From NCBI GenBank assembly GCA_977862235.1, contig OZ374560.1:2542001-2606000 (forward strand): a stretch of DNA of 64,000 nt, written 5' to 3'. Origin of the DNA: Dudresnaya verticillata (Eukaryota). The position numbers and the translations under genes are program-made. Under the pieces are notes generated by a model that was not told where the DNA came from, did not search any database, and worked only from the letters and a program-made list of their open reading frames with translations. This document shows, piece by piece, positions 59,205 to 64,000 of this stretch. Positions within the stretch are counted from its first letter, which is position 1, and the number at the start of each line of letters is the position of its first letter.

Positions 59205-59780
59205 CGTAGAACAGTTTATATTTGTTGTTTAACGTGGTCCTGCGTAGGCGACTTTGGCCCATTTGCTGGCTCACGGTCGATTGATGGGCGGGGAGTGATA
59301 CACTACAGAGTGGAGATGTGGTAGTGCGTGGGCCATTCTACTGGGTGGCATGCGGTGAGGGGTATTCTTCGAGGCATATACGACGGATGGATCGGAGGAC
59401 GTCGCAGTCGCGGGCGGTGGCCGATGGGTCGGGGTCTTGGAGAGACAGAAGTGACAGCGTCGGTGCGTGCAGTCGCAGCGCGAGGCGGGCGGTGCTTAGG
59501 TCTGCGACGTCGAAGCAGACAAACTCAATTTGGTTGAGTAAACCTTTGATCGAATCGAAGGTGGATTTTTATGGAGCAGCGCGGAACGAGGATGCCTTAC
59601 TGTCGCAGTGAAGAAATATGTTCAGGGGCTTGAGTACGAAACCGGCACGAAAGCGACGAGAAGGAAACGACCTACGAGATTGCATGGCTTGGCATGATAC
59701 AATCCGGTTTTCTGGTCCCTTGCTGGGTAGCGCAAAGCTTCTCCTTCTCTGGGTAGAAAAACTTTCCAACGAAGCAACCG
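59205..59780 (-). mobile_element. Degenerate LINE-like 3' fragment with the shared stem-loop tail
   Basis: One frame reads LNIFLHCDS...(stop)...DVLRSIRRICLEEYPSPHATQ* (TAG 59338-59340). Tail GCCAGCAAATGGGCCAAAGTCGCCTACGCAGGACCAC. Confidence 0.6.
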
Positions 59781-60449
59781 CCTTACTTCGGGCCGGGTCG
59801 CACGGCTTCTGTGGGTCTCAGTGCTTCTTAGCACAGAACCGAGAACGACATCGGAACTACTCCTACGTAGACTGGTATCCCTCCATCAGCATCAAGGCTG
59901 ACTGGTTGCTCCACTGCCGTTTTCTGTTTTCGCATCTTTTTTTTCTTAGTACATACCACTCTCAGCTCCGATCACATACTGCTCGTAGCTCGCTCCATAT
60001 GAGCTTGTCATGGAGGCATGCACTCCTCGGCCCTTTTCAATATCCTTCCTCTACTGCACCAGACCGACGACGCGGACAACGAACACCGTGAGCGCGCCTC
60101 GATAGACTTGAGGCGCGCTGTTTGGTGTGTGAAAGAGGCGGACTTCACCTTGGTGAGAACCCTTTTTCCGACACATAAAATACCACAACACTTTGCAAGT
60201 ATCCAGGGGTGGATGGTAGATTGCGGCTTGAAAATCACCTGTCCACAACGGAAGTATCTTTGATGTCTATTGCGGTCGCTGGCGCGCCGGCAGGGCAATC
60301 CTCAGCTGCAGAAGTGTAGGAGCAGAATTGCCCAGAACGCACATACAGACCTTTATTTTAATCTAAGGAGAAACCCTGGGAAAGGGTCTGATCACCAGGA
60401 CACATACCAGGGGATGAGTTGCGGCGATTCAAGCCAACGGCAATACATT

Positions 60450-61200
60450 GAAGAATGAGCGTAGGGAGTGACATTAATATACCAAGCTTCTCAGTGAGCG
60501 GGGAGGCCCCTTTCTTGACAGCAATGTAATCAGCAATGCGTTGAAAACCGGTGTCAAAATCAGCACCAATACGGCCGTTTACCGTACATCAATATCCATA
60601 GCATGCAACTCCATGCCAAGGCTTTCAAGTACAAGCCGATACTGTGAAAGCTTAACCTTTCACGTTGAGCGATAGCTTGGCCGGACACTCTATTAGTGGT
60701 ACGCCGAAGAGAATAGGGACCCCTAACGGAGACATCGAAACCTTGCAGACGAGGTGCATAGCTACGGTCATCGCCAGATAAATCCATACATATATATTCA
60801 AGCAGTGGAACAGACTCTCCAGAACGTAAACGAGCAATGTACCGATCGTCACGAGCACATTACAGAGAAGTTGGATTAGATGCAGGCACGGGGTTTCCAA
60901 CACCATGTTCGTCAGCATAACCCTATTCTGACTGGCAATGTTTTGAAAGAATGAAGCCAACCTATCTCGAAGACAGTAACGACCGCGAATTGATCCGTCA
61001 CGGGAGCGGCAGATAGCGACATGATGGCCATAGGTGTCAAGAATTGGCACAGGACCACAAGAACCACCTACATCTACAAAACAGTGACAGACGTCTTGGC
61101 CGGAAAAGACGGGGAGGCCAAGAGGTAGCTTGACCATTATTATCGAAATTTCAGTTTGAACCCGGAAATGGATGAGGAGTAAGGGAGGACATTGAACGAG
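60450..61200 (-). mobile_element. Old, frameshifted CRE-like RLE fragment
   Basis: LPLGLPV, C-x-C...DTYGHHVAIC...G...LRDRL zinc knuckle, and GFDVSV...AIAQRER spread across several frames. Confidence 0.8.
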
Positions 61201-62390
61201 AGAGAGAGAGAGACCTTTATTAAAGAACAAGAGAGAAGCCCCTTAAGGGGGCTTAGGATTAAGAGCTACCATAAAGAGGCGGAGGAGCAAGCTTGCGGCG
61301 GTTGACACTCACCGTGACGCATTGGAGAACTAAAGAGAGTAAACGAGTAGTGAGGCGAAGTTTCTCCGTAGACGGAGAGGTCCCGCGCTTGCTGGCAATG
61401 AAATTAGCAATACGTTGGGCGCCAACTTCAAAGCCAGATCCAACACGGCCATAGACATCTACAACCATAGGATGGAGAACCATATCCAAACTAGCGCATA
61501 CGCGGCGGTAATGAGAGCGTTTGACACGTTCGCGAGCTGCAATGGCTTGGCCAGCAACGCGACCAGTGGAACCATGAATAGAATGGGGACTGACGACCGA
61601 GACATCAAATCTATGGGGGTGAGGGGCAAAGCCACGATCATCAACGAAAATATCCATACGGAGTTGGTCACGTGGATCAACAGGCTGTGGGGGACCACCA
61701 GAAGTAGCATGACGCTCGTCACGTATGCGTTCAGCACGTGTTCGGGCAGCGTTGGGGACAGAGCTACGGGGTCCATGCTCATCCGAATAAGTGAAACGAT
61801 GTTCAACTTCAACGCGCACGCCATGGGGGCGGGCGATAGTCTGAAATAAGACGCTTAAGCGATCCCGAAGATGATCATGACGGCGAATCGTGCCCTCACG
61901 AGAAGAGCAGACCGTAGCATGATGCCCATAAACATCAAGAAGAGGGGGAACAGAAGCGGTACCATCAACACAACGGGGGCATGGGTCACATTGAACGAGC
62001 GGCAAGCATTAGCTGTAGCCGTGGACTGTAGACGTAAACGAGATCGAATAGAATCAGCAGAAACACCAGGTGGTTCATTCTGCTAAGCTGCTCATTCTGC
62101 TAAGCCTTAAGAGCCAGGTTGGGAGCAAACAAATTGGATTGAAGAGAGCGAACTATGAACACAATCGGTAGAAGGGTATTTCAAGAAAGGCAAAAAGGAA
62201 GAAAGTTGGAACATAGATCCAGAACTATCGGGAAGGGGAACTCGGAGACGCTGTCGAGGGGCGTCAAGAACTTTCTCGATAGGGAATTGGGTAGTTGCGA
62301 AGAGTCCTCGAATTGCCAAGAAGACTAGACAGGGAAAAGGGCTTATCCTTCCGAAGAGACCACCATACGGAGTGTAAGAAGTTCTGTCAC
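61200..62390 (-). mobile_element. CRE-like non-LTR 3' fragment with an open Zn-knuckle plus RLE endonuclease frame (61259-62005)
   Basis: CPRC...DVYGHHATVC...RRHDHLRD, RMDIFV, FDVSVVSP, RERVKRSHY, HPMVVDVYG. Upstream PYGGL and RLRLQS remnants. 3' hairpin AAGCCCCCTTAAGGGGCTT and AATAAAGG(TC)n. Confidence 0.88.
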
Positions 62391-63274
62391 TCAAGATACA
62401 TCGCCATCCACCTTTTAACTCTTTGCTCGTCCACACTTTCTTCATTTTCCCTTGACGCATAGTATGTGACTGGAGGCAATAGAGTATAGTAATAGAGCAT
62501 AGGCACAAATCTATGGACCTGCAATTCCAGTTCATCACATACTCACCATTTCTAGGTGGAGTTGTTCTGCTAAACTCTGTGCGCGATGGGACTGGTCTGA
62601 AGAGGTTTACATAGGGGTCCGTAAAATCATAATCCGACGGCGACTACTGCCGAGACGGTAATTAAAGTACGAAACAGTTTTTGTCAAAGTAGAATTAAGC
62701 CACTTCAAGTACCGCGGATCTATATCGTGTTCTTCGAGAAAGATTTTGTAAGGTTTACTGCAAACCTTTGAGAACGGGAGAACTGCGTTAGGCTATTAGT
62801 TAGTACATATTGCATTCAATATTTCTGGCGTAACTGAAACGCCACCAAAACAAGCATAGAAGTTGTGGCTTATCCTTGTATCTCCTATAAACATAACCAA
62901 TCAAGCTGAGATCAAGCGGGTGGAGAATGGCATTGAGCTGGGGAAGAGTGTTGGGATGGCACGTTTGCGCGAAGAAAGGAAGAATATCTCTATGAATTAC
63001 TCCCTTAAAACTAGCCTGCAAGGCTGGTGAGTCGACAAGCGCCATTGCGCTTATAGAAACCAAACAGCGAGGCGACGAAGGCCTCGCTGAGACGAGGCGC
63101 TCGTGCGTCCGCGATTATTTGGAACATTTTCCCATCGCCCGCCAGTAGTCTGTATGGCAAGTGATAGCAGCATGTAGTCGTCTCCTCAGACCCGTCAAGA
63201 ACTTAGCATGGAAAGTAGTCTTTCGAGAGCATAAATATAGTATACAGAAGTAGACTTCAAGAAACAACTTGCAA

Positions 63275-64000
63275 CTACCACGTGACCCATTCAGAGCGAC
63301 TGACTTTATGAAAGCCCTCGAGGGAAAACTCTCGTTCCCCGAGCCACTTGCTCCTCAAGAAATGTACCCTGCCGTCATCAGAGAGCTCCGCTTCTGCTAA
63401 AACTCTGAACGTAGTCTCTAGAACAGAAGTCGCTTCGCATACCACTTGGAACAGTGGGCCTTCAATGAGCTCTTCTCCTTCTTGTTCTCTTCTGTTCGAG
63501 AAAACTCGCAGATCACGGTGTCGCTCACTCATTTCCAGTCCGGTCATGGTTTCGTCTTCCGTATCCATTGACGAGCTCCAGTGTCTCCCAGGGAAGAACG
63601 CAAGCCGACCATCAGCAGGCACCCAGTTTGCCTCCAAATGTCCGGGAATCTCCAGCAAAATATTGAGGGTGATCTGAGAGTTGTATACGTAGTCCTTCGC
63701 GTCCGGCACGCGCACAGTCCAGAGCCAAGGTATGTCAAGCATCGTTTGAACGAGCGCTTTTCCATAACCACGAGCAATATCATCAATGTCTTCGTTATAG
63801 TTGTGTTCCAGACGACACTTGGCGATCTCGCCTGCACAAGCTCGCGCACCGAGCTGCAGAATAGCGTGTTGCAATCCCAACCCGAGACCGGACACCCATT
63901 TTCGCTCCCGCGCGCGATACAACCCCTTCCCCAATAGCCCAGCAATTTCCTCCATGCGCATCCACATGCTGTCTGCTGCCTGTTGAACAGACCAAACCGT
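63275..64000 (-). CDS. Hypothetical protein, copy 2 (inverted) of 56921-57676; may extend beyond the window
   Basis: Near-identical translation ending EWVTW*. Confidence 0.55.
   Translation of the reverse strand, partial: TVWSVQQAADSMWMRMEEIAGLLGKGLYRARERKWVSGLGLGLQHAILQLGARACAGEIAKCRLEHNYNEDIDDIARGYGKALVQTMLDIPWLWTVRVPDAKDYVYNSQITLNILLEIPGHLEANWVPADGRLAFFPGRHWSSSMDTEDETMTGLEMSERHRDLRVFSNRREQEGEELIEGPLFQVVCEATSVLETTFRVLAEAELSDDGRVHFLRSKWLGEREFSLEGFHKVSRSEWVTW

Noticed and set aside
61259..62005. Stand-alone Zn-finger nuclease (Fanzor/TnpB or homing type)
   Set aside because: The motifs are PD-(D/E)xK RLE with a CCHC knuckle, not RuvC. Variable 5' truncation with a fixed 3' tail indicates non-LTR retrotransposon fragments.

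Overview
Eukaryotic, intron-poor genomic DNA. A florideophyte red alga is likely; this is inferred from gene content and style and is not proven. The first ~45 kb holds a run of mostly secreted or recognition-type genes: the 3' end of a WD40-repeat protein with near-identical repeats, a CAP/SCP protein, a metallo-beta-lactamase-fold protein, a Sel1-like repeat protein, a tandem pair of flavin-dependent oxidoreductases (one a pseudogene), two Cys-rich secreted proteins, an M12-type metalloprotease and a hedgehog-type Hint-domain protein. One of the Cys-rich genes has an intron that the ORF track misses. The last ~17 kb is a nest of dead transposons: PIF/Harbinger, DIRS, several CRE-like RLE non-LTR fragments, and a ~0.9 kb inverted duplication of an orphan ORF. 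Reading the raw DNA adds three TG...CA solo-LTR-like insertions with target-site duplications, a tRNA-headed SINE whose 3' stem-loop tail is shared with LINE 3' fragments elsewhere in the window (an apparent SINE/LINE pair), a conserved 3' hairpin in the CRE-like family, and a 48-bp inverted repeat with a nested hairpin. No CRISPR array, rRNA or Fanzor/TnpB was seen.
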